Assembly: GCA_951406725.2 (NCBI GenBank)
Contig: OX597819.1
Location: forward strand, 128,402,001-128,466,000
Reading direction: 5' to 3'
Source of the DNA: Octopus vulgaris
Taxonomy: Eukaryota
Length of the DNA stretch: 64,000 nt
Under the pieces are notes generated by a model. The model had not been told where the DNA came from and searched no databases. It worked only from the letters and a program-made list of their open reading frames with translations. Both the position numbers and the translations under genes were made by a program. Numbering within the stretch: the stretch's first letter is position 1; every line of letters starts with the position of its first letter. Positions 1 to 13,240 of this stretch are shown here, piece by piece.

Positions 1-1
1 C

Positions 2-740
2 TTGAAAAACATCGAAAAAGGCAATACGATAGACAATTACAGGCTGATATCTTGCTTCCCATTTATGTGGAATAGTCGCAGAGTCAATGTACGGACATCT
101 GGTAAAAATGGAGTCCTGTCACATGAACAGAAAGGTTGCAAGCGTAAGTGCAGAGGTACCAAGGATCAACTCCTGATAGACAAAACTGTACGTAGATATT
201 GCAAGAGGAGGAAAACTAAGTTAGCTATGTCATGGATCCATTATCGTAAGGCATACGATATGATCCCACATTCTTGGATTATTTGGTATTTGCATCGAAT
301 GTTGAGCGATTGCTTGGAAAAAGTATGACGAAGTGGAGGACGGAACTGACAGCATATGGAAGAAGTTTAGGGACAATAGAAATCAGGAGCGGCGTTTCTC
401 AAGGGGAATGCCTGCCCCCACTGATCTCTGTACCGTGCATGATACCACTAACACTGGTTCTGAGGAAAGCAAACACTGGGTGTGTATTCAGGATCCGCCA
501 ACAAAAAGTCAAACCACTTGTTATTCATGGATGTCCTCAAACTTTATAGTAAAGATGAATCATAAGTCAGTTCCCTCGTTGATACGGTGTATACTTTCAG
601 TGCTGATATCAGAATGGAGTTCGGACTGAAAAAGTGTGATGCGTTACTCTTGAAGAGAGGCAAAATTAAATGTATGGACGAGCTAGCGATACTGTCGGGG
701 GGGGGGGGTTATGGAGCAAATAGAAGAGAGGGGCTATACA
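2..740 (+). mobile_element. Decayed non-LTR retrotransposon RT fragment, R4/Dong-like clade
   Basis: Frameshifted translation gives EQKGCKRKCRGTKDQLLIDK, W(I)HYRKAYDMIPHSWI, IRSGVSQGECLPPL and a HLLFMD-like motif, typical of RLE-type (R4/Dong) RT domains; stops and frameshifts present. Confidence 0.8.
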
Positions 741-914
741 TTGAGTATAGCCCCTCTTAAAGTATAGCCAACATTAAGTATAAAAATGTGCATTGTCCGG
801 TTAATTAAAAAATTCTATAAGTGGCTGAAGATTGCTCGACATTTTAAAACTGATGTAATACTTTCAGTGTTTAATAAAATGAAGTAGCATGAAACGATTG
901 TACTACACTACCTT

Positions 915-1311
915 GGAGGCGCAATGGCCCAGTGGTTAGGGCAGCGGACTCGCAGTCATAGGATCGCGGTTTCGATTCCCAGACCGGGCGTTGTGAGTGT
1001 TTATTGAGCGAAAACACATAAAAGCTCCACGAGGCTCCGGCAGGGATGGTGGTGATCCCTGCTGTACTCTTCCACCACAACTTTCTCTCACTCTTACTTC
1101 CTGTTTCTGTTGTACCTGTATTTCAAGGGGCCGGCCTTGTCACTCTCTGTGTCACGCTGAATATCCCCGAGAACTACGTTAAGGGTGCACGTGTCTGTGG
1201 AGTGCTCAGCCACTTACACGTTAATTTCACGAGCAGGCTGTTCCGTTGATTCGGATCAACCGGAACCCTCATCGTCGTAACCGACGGGGTGCTAAAGAAA
1301 AAAAAAAGAAG
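915..1311 (+). mobile_element. tRNA(Arg)-derived SINE, copy 1 (octopus OK/OR-type)
   Basis: tRNA-like head GGAGGCGCAATGGCCCAGTGGTTAGG...ACTCGC...GGTTTCGATTCCC with A/B boxes; A-rich tail; 13-bp direct repeat ACACTACCTTGGA at 905-917 and 1312-1324; near-identical copy at 34450. Confidence 0.9.
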
Positions 1312-1345
1312 ACACTACCTTGGATATCCTTGTTGCTTATTTTGA

Positions 1346-1441
<96 letters not shown>

Positions 1442-2010
1442 ACATGTTCTGAACAATATAAATCTATCTCTTTACAAGTCCCAAGTTACAATGGTGGTTG
1501 AAAATAAAATTGGGAATTTGTACCATGTATGATTCAATTACGCCAGAAAAATATGTCCTGGGTATCACATGTGAAAGACAAGACAGGCAAAGGGTTATTA
1601 ATCCTGTTATTGAAGTGTCAGTTAAATAGATACCTATATTTTTGTTTTAAGTAGATGATTATACATACTTAGTGACAGCCAAAGGACTGATATACAGAAT
1701 TTGGGTGGAGGTGCTTTCCACGAAATGTTCAGAACGACCAATAACGTGTAGATAGGATTTAAGCACCGTCAAGCCTTACCTCAAGGTAGATTCGTATAAC
1801 AGCACTGATTCCTCAATAGAACGTTTTTCTCTGGTTCCACAATAGTAACAGTACTGTTTCCGCACTGATTCCACAATAGTAAGTTTTTCTGAAGATCATC
1901 CGGTAGCGATGATTTCCAAATAGCCCTGAGCGCAGAAAGAATAGCTCGCATTTCTGCGCGACGAATGTTTGCATTCTTTTCTGTGGCTGCGATGTTCCTG
2001 CTTATGTATA

Positions 2011-2413
2011 CTCTCTCTTTACTCTTTTTCTTGTTTCAGTCATTTAACTGTGGCAATGCTGGAGCACCGCCTTTAGTTGAGCAAATCGACCCCAGGATTT
2101 AGTCTTTGTAAGCCTAGTACTTATTCTATCGGCCTCTTTTGCCGAACCGCTAAGTTACGGGGACGTAAACACAACAGCACCGGTTGTCAAGCGATGTTGG
2201 GGGGACAAATACACATGCACAAACACACACATATATATACATATATACGACGGGCTTCTTTCAGTTTCCGTCTACCAAAATTCACTCACAAGGCTTTGGT
2301 CGGCCCGAGGCTATAGTAGAAGACACTTGCCCAAGGTGCCACGCAGTGGGACTGAATTCGGAACCATGTGGCTGGTAAGCAAGCTACTTACCACATAGTC
2401 ACTCCTACGCCTA
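2011..2413 (-). mobile_element. CORE-type tRNA-derived SINE (OR2-like)
   Basis: Minus strand reads GGCGTAGGAGTG..GTGGTAAGTAGCTTG...TTCAGTCCCACTGCGTGGCACCTTGGGCAAGTG (CORE-like CCTTGGGCAAGT), internal CA/TA microsatellite and (AAGAGT)n tail; at least 6 further copies in window. Confidence 0.85.
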
Positions 2414-2605
2414 TACGAAGAAATCTATAAATTTTAGAGAGTCTCGTTCGACTGGACTTATTGAGACCTTCTAGATGTAGCAGGTGTATTCAGTCTGTGA
2501 CGTGGGGACATAAGGACTAATATCGTCTACTTCAATTTGAAGCTCATGTAGAAGGTTGGTAGCTTCTGAGAAGATGTCTGAAGAGAACCGTATTATCAGC
2601 ATAAT

Positions 2606-3193
2606 TTTAATAAATTAAAATTACTTGGCTGTTAATTAAGTATACCAGTGTCTACCTTAGCATTAAGATCAGGTAAGCTTAACAAAAAAAAAAAGAAAAA
2701 CTACGAAAGTTCAGAGCCATCAATGCATTGACACTGTCATTGGACTGTCATGGATGGAGATGGACGAAAGGATTAAAAATATCGTTTACTTTTGATTTGT
2801 TTTTTAATAGTATTAGAATATTGGTTTCAAATTTTGAGCACATGACCAACAATTTCGGGGAAGGGGTTAAGTCGATTATATCTACCCCAATGTTCAACTG
2901 GTACTTATTTTATCGACCCAGGAAGGATGAAAATCAAAGTCAACCTAGGCAGAATTTGAACTCAGAACGAGAAGATGGATGAAATACTGCAAAGCATTTT
3001 GTCCGGCGTGCTAACGAATCTGACAGCTCACCGCCTTGGTAGTATTAGAATATTACCAAGTATATATATTTCTTTAATAAATTAAAATTACTTGGCTGTT
3101 AATTAAATATGCCAGCATCTACCTTACCATTAAGATCAGGTAAGCTTTAAAAAAAAACTATGAAAGTTCAGAGCCATCAACGCATTGACACTG
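2606..3193 (+). repeat. Local ~125-bp direct duplication (2606-2736 / 3073-3193) bracketing a SINE
   Basis: Both copies read TTTAATAAATTAAAATTACTTGGCTGTTAATTAA...GATCAGGTAAGCTT...GAAAGTTCAGAGCCATCAAYGCATTGACACTG. Confidence 0.85.
2823..3039 (-). mobile_element. Meta-domain-like SINE with TSD
   Basis: Matches the window's most abundant SINE (GGCGGTGAGCTG...TTCTGAGTTCAAATTC...TTTCATCCTT..GGGTCGATAAAATAAGTACCAG); 15-bp TSD TAGTATTAGAATATT at 2808-2822 and 3040-3054. Confidence 0.85.
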
Positions 3194-3594
3194 AGCTTCG
3201 ACCACGTCTGTCCAACGTATAAGGGATTAAGTCGATTACATCGATCCCGCCAGTGCGCAACTGGTACTTAATTTATCGACCTCGAAAGGATGAAAGGCAA
3301 AGTCAACCTCGGCGGAATTTGAACTCAAGTATAAGAGCCTGTCATCGCTTATTTATGACTTGGGTTTTGACACTCTTACACACACGTATCCGGAAGACCA
3401 ACAGGTTCGAACAAGTAACCTCCAACCCTGCAGCTCATTACAAATAAAATTACTCTTAAAATTAATCCATCTACTTTTTGGGTGGGGGGGTCATATTAAA
3501 CGGTTAATGGTAGATGGATCCATTTTAATAATTGAAAATCCACCACTCAGACGAAATCTTGGTTCTTACCCGTGTTTTAATTCTTCTGTATCAG

Positions 3595-3712
3595 ATTACA
3601 GCGTAATAAAATACCTACGGCCACGCGGTATGATAGATGTACAACGAAAGATTCTGATACATCAATCATATTTGATATTATATTACAAAATAAAACAAAA
3701 GTGAATACGACG
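3595..3712 (+). CDS. Candidate internal coding exon (118 nt), unknown product
   Basis: Pyrimidine tract plus CAG acceptor (ends 3594), GTATGT donor at 3713; one frame open throughout (LQRNKIPTATRYDRCTTKDSDTSIIFDIILQNKTKVNTT). No homology recognised. Confidence 0.25.
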
Positions 3713-4368
3713 GTATGTATATATATGTTTTAAATGGCTATCATGATTATTATACCACGATGCAATTGTAAATATTGAATGACTGATTGATATGATTTCC
3801 TCAGAATTGGATAAATTGTTATTTGTTGCTAAAAGAGGCCTCTTTTATTCTTGTTCATTTGTTTACTTGTCTATTTAGTTTTAGTTTTTGATTTTTGGCA
3901 TTTTGTTTTGTTTTGTTTGTTTTGAAGTTGTTTTTGTTTTTGTTTTTTGTTTTGTTTTTGTTTTTGTTTTTTTAGTTCCGACTTACTTTCTTGCAAGTTA
4001 AAAATGTCTTTTCATTAAGTTTGTACTAAGATGAAACATTCGTTTGATAGCCTTCGCTTTGTTTGAAAGGTATTTCCGTAGACTTTTATAATTATAGCAA
4101 CGTGCGGCTCGATTTAGCAATTTTTGAAAAACATTTCCGTGAAATGTTTCGCATTCTTAAAGAAATTTAAGAATCGTTTTATGGATATTCTCCATAAAAG
4201 AGAATTAGTTTCAGACAAACATAAAGAAATCATTACAAAAATAAAATAAAATAAAATATAATTTATGATTATATCTTTTTTAGTTTTTAAGTTTTAGGTT
4301 TTTTTAAATCATATTCATTAACGATCAATTGAAGAATATAAATAGCGGACAACAACAACAACAACAAC

Positions 4369-4418
<50 letters not shown>

Positions 4419-4559
4419 GCAACAACAATAAGTATAATGATAACAAATGTAAAGATCTATGTTTTTGGCAAAATCGATTTCAGCAAATTCGTGTAAGTAC
4501 ATTAGGCATATGTGTGTGCGTGTGTGTGTGTGTGTCTAGAAAGTGAGAGGGAGAGAGAG

Positions 4560-4707
4560 AATAAGAAAGAGATGTATGTATGCATATATGTGTGAGTGTG
4601 TATACACGTATGCAAACATATATAAATATATACACATATATACAGAAAAGGTATATGTTTATATATATATTTAAATACATGCACACACAGAAACATGTAA
4701 GTGTGTG

Positions 4708-4764
<57 letters not shown>

Positions 4765-4783
4765 ATATATGCATACATATACG

Positions 4784-4825
<42 letters not shown>

Positions 4826-4918
4826 CATGTATATGTATGTCTGTATATATGCATACATATATGTAAATATATATATAAATATATATTTATACATGTATAT
4901 GTATGTATGTATATATGT

Positions 4919-4969
<51 letters not shown>

Positions 4970-5008
4970 TATATTTATGTATATATTTTATGTATATATC
5001 TATATATG

Positions 5009-5041
<33 letters not shown>

Positions 5042-5282
5042 GTATATATGTATATATGTAAGTATATATATAAGTATATGTGGATATATATATATATGGA
5101 TATATATATATATGTATACATGTATATATATGTATATATATGGATATATGTATATATACACATATATATATATGTATATGTATATATATGTATGTATATG
5201 CATATATATATATTTATATGCATGTATATATGTATATGTATATATATGTGTGTGTGTATAATATATACACTTGTGTGTGTGT
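4560..5282. repeat. Degenerate (TA)/(TATG)/(TG) microsatellite field
   Basis: Alternating purine-pyrimidine low-complexity sequence; source of the YIYI/MYVC ORFs. Confidence 0.95.
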
Positions 5283-5811
5283 AGAATTATATTGATATAA
5301 ATCTGTTGACAAGATTTAAGCAGACTATTTTATGGTTGTATTTACATGATCATGTGTGTATGCGAGTGCTTGTCTTTGTGTACCTGAGTTCATGTGTTTA
5401 CGTGTACCTCCTGAATGTGTGTGTGTGTGTGTGCGTGTATTCACCCGTGTGTGTCTGTATGTGTGTTTCTAAGTATGTCCGCGAGTGGCTACGTGCAGGT
5501 ATTCTTGCATGCAGGTATGAACAGGCAAATAAATATATATTTACGTGGAAAAAATGGCATTGGACAGAAGAAACAAGGTAAAAGATATTGTGGAGCGAAA
5601 GCAGGAATGACCAACCATAACAATCATATTCGTCAACGTAATATTTGCGGGGGCCGGGGGGAACAGAAAAAGGGGAAAAAATTAAAAGGGATCGAATGTA
5701 ATATGAGATAAAACTGTAAGACTAATAAAAAGAGACACTGATACATATATGTGTGTGTGTGTGTGTATGTGTATATATAAATGTACGTTTTTGTATATAA
5801 GCACACACACA

Positions 5812-6345
<534 letters not shown>

Positions 6346-7777
6346 GTGGCGTGTGTAGTGCGTGCAGCATACATTTATCGATTGATTCAGCAAATTTGAT
6401 GTTTCAATATAAGGTAGAGATAAGCATTTATTTTGTATTGTTTTGTTGTTGTATTTGTGGTCGGTTGTAGTGGTGGAGAAGGTGTTGGCGGTGAATGTGG
6501 GTTTTGTGGTGCTGGTGGTGGTGGTGGTGGTGGCGGCGGCGGCGGCGGTGATGCAGGGCGCTGGTGAAGCGTAAAGGTGACGAGTTGTAGAGATTGTTGT
6601 TGTTGTTGTGGTGGTGCTAGAGTATGCGGGAGGGTGGGGGAGATAACGTAGTGGTCGAGAGTTGTATAAATTGTTTATCTTCCTTTCAAATTCTGAATCA
6701 TCAGGGATATGTATGCGTGTAAGTGTATGTATATATATGTATATATATGTATGTATATATATATATATATACACACACATATATATATATAGATACATAT
6801 ATATATATATACATATATATATATGTATGTATGTATGCACATGTGTGTAAAGCAAGAAAGAAAACTTAAATATACATACATATATTTTGATATGTATAAA
6901 GTATATTCATATGTAAATATATACAAACTCACACGCACATATGCATATATATGTATGTATACATATATGTATATATGTATGTGCACGCGCGAGTGTGTGT
7001 GCATCTGCATGTATATATTTGTATGCTTCTGCGAATGCATACATACTTGTGTGCATGCATACATATACACATACACACGTACATACATATATATGTATGC
7101 ATGTATTGTATATATATATGTATATGCATGTATACACACACACACACAGACACACACACACACATACACACACATACACACATACATATGCATAGACATA
7201 ACGTAAGATGGCGCCGACTTAAGAAATCGTTTGCTCGATCCCCAACTCAAATATATTTGCCGTCCACAACCACCACCACCACCACCTCCACAACCACCAC
7301 CAGCACCACCGCCTCCACAACCACCGCCACAACCACCGCCACAAACACCACTCCTACTCTCATTATCATCACCGCATCATCCAATATGAGAAAATAAAAA
7401 GAAATATCTAACTATTTCTAATACTAACATTCTCATCAAACTTCCTCATAAAGTTTACTGAGGCATTTCAAGAAAGCAGAAATAGTCTTACCTCAGTACT
7501 TTCATGTTAATCTGAGTTTTATAGCTTCATGGTGAAAAGCGATACACTACCAGAGAACAGTTGTTGATCGTAAAAAGATCACCGAAGATACATATATTAT
7601 GTGTATGTGTATGTAACTACAAAAGTATATATATATATATATACATAAATATATATATATATCTGTCTATATATATATGTGTATATATATATACATAAAT
7701 ATATATATATATCTATTTATATATATATGTGTATATATATATATATATATAAATATATATATATATCTGTTTATATA

Positions 7778-7810
<33 letters not shown>

Positions 7811-7852
7811 TTATATGTATATATAAATATATATTTATATATCTGTTTATAC

Positions 7853-7886
<34 letters not shown>

Positions 7887-7917
7887 ATATATCTATATAT
7901 TTGTTTATTTATAGAGA

Positions 7918-7962
<45 letters not shown>

Positions 7963-8608
7963 GGAATGTAAATATATGTGTATGTAAAATATACATATTT
8001 ATAAACATATGTATATACACGTTATTTTTTTGCATCCATTTTATATACGTATAGATGTGTTACCTGTGAATGTGTGTGTAGGTTAGCTGTGTGACACAAG
8101 GTAAGTTTTATTACTTACCTATAAATATTTCAATAAGCTTAGATCCTTCAGAAATTTAAATATTAGTAGGTAATGTTGTTTATTTGATTTTTTTTTAGTT
8201 TTATTTTACTTTTCGTTCTTTCATTTTCCCCCCAGACATCGTCTTAAATACGTGTTTATTTATTTTTTATTCATTAGCCCTGATATCACCCATTCCATCA
8301 CCAAACCTACATAGGGGCCCCTATGTGGTCACTCATCCCGCTAGAAATAGAAACTAAATCTCACTCAAATCATGAAAAAAAAACGATGGTTACGTTATAT
8401 AATATAGGTGAGGGGTTCCCCGAGCGTAGGAAAAGGGTTAAAGTGTCTTTGATCACAAGTTTGATGGATCAGGTTGGACGTAGAAATAAACATCGCCGAC
8501 AACAACAATTAAACCTTCGTATGTGATTTAACCACAAAGGCCAGCAATTTTGTGAAGAGGCAATTTGTCGATTACTTCTGCAGGATTTGAACGAGCCAGA
8601 AGAAATAT

Positions 8609-9027
8609 CTATTTCTTTACTACCCACAAGGGGCTAAACACAGAGGGGACCAACAAGCACAGACAAACAGATCAAGTCGATTATATGGACCCCAGTGCGT
8701 AACTGGTACTTATTTAATCGACCCCGAAAGGATGAAAGGCAAAGTCGACCTCGGCGGAATTTGAACTCAGAACGTAGCGGCAGACGAAATACATATTCTT
8801 TTACTACCCGCAAGGGGCTAAACGCAGAGAGGACAAACAAGGACAGACAAACGGATTAAGTCGATTATATTTACCCCAGTGCGTAACTGGTACTTATTTA
8901 ATCGACCCCGAAAAGATGAAAGGCAAAGTCGATCTCGGCGGAATTTGAACTCAGAACGTAGCGACAGACGAAATACCACTAAGCATTTCGCCCGGCGTGC
9001 TAACGTTTCTGCCAGCTCGCCGCCTTA
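8609..9027 (-). mobile_element. Meta-domain-like SINE, full copy plus tandem head-less second unit
   Basis: Two consecutive units (about 8609-8793 and 8794-9027); only one carries the GGCGGCGAGCTGGCAG head. Confidence 0.85.
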
Positions 9028-9064
9028 TAAGAAATATTCACAATAGCAACACGTACTAACAGGG

Positions 9065-9525
9065 AGGCTCTTACGTGGTTCGTGAAATAGCTACAATATC
9101 TCCCTCAAATCACGTCCTAACTTCTTAAGAAAGTTAGATGTTGTGTTCTGTTTCGTTATCTAGAAATAGCAGCGAAATCGCCTATAAATCTCACATGACT
9201 GTCTTTAAAAAAACACGTTGTATTAATATGATGCTGAATTTCCTGCGCTAGAATGTCCAGCAAATCATAACTTGCCGGTTTAAAAGATGATACGGTCATT
9301 AATGTTGTCCTCTATTCGTCTTAGAAAAGGATACATTGAATAATGTGGCACTAGGTTACCTGCAAATAGTAAATAGATGTTCACTGAAACTGCTAGAAAT
9401 AGTAGTCATATCTTTAAAAAGGATATTTAAGATAATGTGATCCAAGGTTCACTGGACGTAGGAATTAAACGGGATAGGCATAGCTGGAATGTCTTTGGTC
9501 GTAGATTTGCTCGATCAGGGCTACT
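9065..9525 (+). repeat. Degenerate tandem copies of an old dispersed repeat (GCTAGAAATAGCAGCCAAATCTCCCTCAAATCAC core)
   Basis: Three to four diverged copies here; the same motif recurs near 8340, 15120, 19380, 22085, 46320 and 54440 and inverted near 15650 and 63250. Confidence 0.6.
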
Positions 9526-10138
9526 TTAGTAAATGTAGCCTTCCTCTTCGATCAACGTTTTATAAGAAAGGAATTTACTTGTTATTTCTCGCAAAGTCGA
9601 GCGACAAAGAATGATAAAAACTAATGTGAAATCGAAAAAATTCATAACAAAATTTATGCTTAATATTTTTAGACAGAGCTTTCTCCCCAAGTAATTGTCT
9701 CGATAAACCCTTTCATTTAAATTCAAATAATACGATTTTTCTCATAAAAACGCTAAAAATATTTTGATTTCTTTAAATTATCCCCTTTTTCCGTACAACT
9801 CCTTTTGTAACTATTATTTTGTGACAAGGTTTTCGCCATAAGTTTTATCTCATACAGCTCTTCCATTTGAATACAACTATTGTGTAGTTTTCTATCTTAA
9901 TAACTGAGATATTTTGATTCAAAATCAGTTTGGGGTTTGCTAGCCATTTTTGTTTTCGTCATTTTTTCGTAACTAAGACTTTTCACTAAAAGATTATTCG
10001 TAATAAACACATTCTTTAAAGCCCAATTAATCTATACTTTTCTTATAAAATAACTGAGATTTTCTGATTTAGAGTCAGTTTTTCGCATTTCTCTCTCATT
10101 TTTGACCACACATATTTTGACCTAACTTTCAATTTTCA

Positions 10139-11233
10139 ATGAATCAAATTTCAATTATTTTATCTCAAAAAGTAGCTGTCATAAGAATGTCAAATCTATC
10201 GGACTTTCAAAGAGGTCAAATTGTTGGTGCTCATATGGCAGGTGCTAGCATAATGAAAACAACCGAAATGTTTTGTTTATCATTAAGTCCTGTCTCGAAA
10301 GTAATGACAGCCTTTGAGAGAGAAGGAAAAATCTCGTTGTTGAAACAAAACTCCGGAAGAAAACCAAAACTTTCAGATAGGGGCCGTCAGACTCTTACGC
10401 CAATTGTTAGAAAGGATCACAAAAGTACAGCTCCCAAAATTACTGCAGAGCTTAATGACCAGTTCGAGAACCCGGATTTCACGGGAGGGCTGAAATCAGA
10501 AAACCACTCCTTTCAAAAACAAACATTGCAAAGCGTTTAGAGTTGAGTAAAAACCTACAGAATTGGTTCCTAGAGTAGTGGAAGAATGTTATTTTCTCGG
10601 ACGAGTCATCCTTTACCGTATTTCCGGCCACCGGCCGAGTATACGTAGGTAGACAGCCAAAGGAAGCATTTGACCCAGACTGCCTTCTTCCAATTCTTAA
10701 ACATGGAGACGGATCTGTGATAATCTGGTGGGGGGCTATATCTTGGAAATCCGCCAGCTCAATGGTTTCCCTTCATAGCAGAATTAATAGTCAAGACTAT
10801 TTAAGCATTTTATCTGATCAGATTCATCCTATGCTTTCGGAACTGTTTCCGGTGTGAAACGCAATCTTTCAGGATGATAATGCACCAATTCACACAGCTA
10901 ATGTTGTTACTGAATGGCACGAGGAACATTCTAGTGAAGTTGAACATCTGATCTGGCCACCATAGTCCCCAGATCTCAATAATATTGAACATTTATGGTG
11001 CATTTTAGAAAAATAAGTAAGGAGTTGATATCCTCCACCATCATCACTACAGGAACTGGAGACTGTTTTAGCTGAAGAATGCACAAAAATTCCTTTGGAA
11101 ACAATTCAGATTTTGTACGAATCCATACCTCGTAGAATTCGAGATGTAATTACTTCCAAAGGCGGTCCTACTCCATATTAAAATGAATTTGTTTGAAATT
11201 TTAAGGTGTTTCCATTATTTTGTCCAACCACTG
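10139..11233 (+). mobile_element. Tc1-family (DD34E) transposon, decayed, right TIR present
   Basis: LSDFQRGQIVG HTH, NSGRKPKLS linker, FSDES (~10594), FQDDNAPIH (~10867), WPP*SPDLNNIEHLW (~10953); terminal ...TTATTTTGTCCAACCACTG followed by TA; stops and frameshifts. Confidence 0.92.
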
Positions 11234-11584
11234 TAAGTATGTATATGATGTATATGTACAGATTTGTGTTTTGATTTATGTGTGTATTCTGATGCATAAG
11301 GTTTCTTATCTAGAAAAGCTCATGTATATTTAAATGATAAACTTCTGGAAAGTTTTACAGATTTTTACAGTTCCAATGAGCGATTGGATCTGTAGTCCTC
11401 GAATCAGCTTTCTCCTTATGTATGTATGTATGTATGTATGTATGTATGTATGTATGTATGTATGTATGTATGTATGTATGCATGTATGTAAGAAATCCCA
11501 GAAGGCAGCTAAAGAAATGAAGTGAGCTAATTTTCACAGATTCACACAAACACGCTCACGCACACCCCATATATATATCCATCC

Positions 11585-11715
11585 CCAACACACCGTCTCC
11601 GATGAAGGGATATAATTAATAAATACCCTGGAAACAGCTGTAAGACCGTCTATCTATAAATGTTCTAATATCTACACAGCCTTTGTCTTTTATCTCATTA
11701 CGCAAAAAATTCTTA
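11585..11715 (+). ncRNA. Penelope-like mini module with minimal hammerhead ribozyme motif (11595-11646)
   Basis: GTCT-CCGATGA-AGGGATAT..ATACCCT-G-GAAA-CAGCTG-TA-AGAC: stem I GTCT/AGAC, palindromic stem III, GUA site; flanked by (TA)n. Confidence 0.6.
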
Positions 11716-11749
11716 TATATACGTGTGTGTATATATATATATATATATT

Positions 11750-12060
11750 ACCTTGATCACTTTGACCGGCCAGTCCGACGGGCGTCCATTTGACACCGCT
11801 GGTCACAGCACGCTGTCCACTCCTCTCTGGATCGCGCCTTTCTCATCCACGTGATCCCAATCGTCCTCCTGAAATAGTAACTCCACCGTCGTGGAGGCCT
11901 TCCGAGTGGTCGTTTTCACTCGTGCGGATACCACTCGACAACTGCGTGTGTCCACCGATTATCGGTGAGCCGGGTGACGTGTTCAGCCCATCTAAACTTG
12001 CTGCGTGTATACTCTGCGATGACATCCCTCACGTCGGACTTCTTTCTGATGACCTCGCTA
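11750..12060 (-). mobile_element. RTE LINE 3' end
   Basis: Minus translation EVIRKKSDVRDVIAEYTRSKFRWAEHVTRLTDNRWTHAVVEWYPHE*KRPLGRPPRRW, the typical RTE C-terminus. Confidence 0.85.
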
Positions 12061-12069
12061 CTCGTGATC

Positions 12070-12190
12070 ATCGTAATCACATCGTAATCATCGCTGAAAC
12101 CACGGATCAGCTTCAGACCATGCTGACAGAGCTCGACATCAAAAGCTCTGCAGTAGGTCTCAAGATGAACCGCATGAAACGAAGTTCATG
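12070..12190 (+). mobile_element. RTE LINE RT fragment in opposite orientation to the adjacent 3' end
   Basis: HIVIIAETTDQLQTMLTELDIKSSAVGLKMNRMK matches the region following the (F/Y)ADD motif of RTE RT. Confidence 0.75.
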
Positions 12191-12566
12191 CGGTCAGAAG
12201 TTCATATATAAAATTGTATTTTCACATAATCAGCGACTTTTTATAACAGTTTTAGAGTAAAAATGTTAGCGCGTGTTTTCATAAAGTGAATTTCACACAT
12301 GCAAAAGAAAAAAAAGGAGTGTCATATTTTACTGAAAAGTGTTTATAACAGAAAAAAGTTTTCGTAAAAATTGTTTTTGAATTCAAAAGCAAAAAATATT
12401 TTGTACATTTTGTTAGAAGATGAAAAATTCTTGGGCCGATATATTATGTTTCTGGTTACCGATTATTCAGACGAATCGTTTGAATTGCCGGCAACGTGAA
12501 ACCCTGTAACGATTCAAGACGCTGCAATTTCTAATACAATACAATACACCCACTGGCACACAAACA

Positions 12567-12611
<45 letters not shown>

Positions 12612-13009
12612 GCATATATATGCATATGTGTGTGTATATGCATTCAAATATATACATGTATATCTACACATATAAATATACATACGCACATACATATATA
12701 TGTGTATGTGGTTCTGTGTGTATATGGCGTTGACTTTCTGTTTTTACGCGCCAGTTATGATTTGAGCGGTCTTGCATGATTACCTTTGTGAAAAGTGACA
12801 AATATCGAAGCATCCTGCCGTTTTCTACCATTATCTTATCAAACAACACGCCACACCTTAAGGAGAGGCCATGACCTATAATATGTTACGTATGTATCTG
12901 TCTGTTTTACCTGTATGTTTTTTTGTTTTTTTAATCATTCGCATCCTTCCAGCTGGTTTCTAACAATGAAACGAAGCCCAACTCTGGAATTTCGCTAACA
13001 ACAACGAAG

Positions 13010-13240
13010 AGTAATACTTGTCTTGACTTGACAGCATTCACCCGGGGTGGGTTGAGCTGGCTTCATTCATCCTCAATGCTGCATCTCTCACAAACGCCGA
13101 CCAAACCTGGCGATGTGAGGCTAACGACCGCGTGATCTCCAACCACTCCTTATTCCAGCGGCGAACGCCGTAGATATGGGATTGGGTTCCAGATCAGCCT
13201 TGACTGTCATCAGCCAGGTTTTTCGTTGTCCACCACATCC
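13010..13240 (-). mobile_element. RTE LINE 3' fragment
   Basis: Minus translation includes GGQRKTWLMTVKADLE and a W...ASHRQVW-like segment. Confidence 0.6.

Noticed and set aside
915-990. Functional tRNA-Arg gene (also 34450)
   Set aside because: Acceptor stem does not close and the head continues into a SINE body with TSDs.
6675-6710. Minus-strand CTGATGA...GAAA
   Set aside because: No stem I, II or III complementarity.
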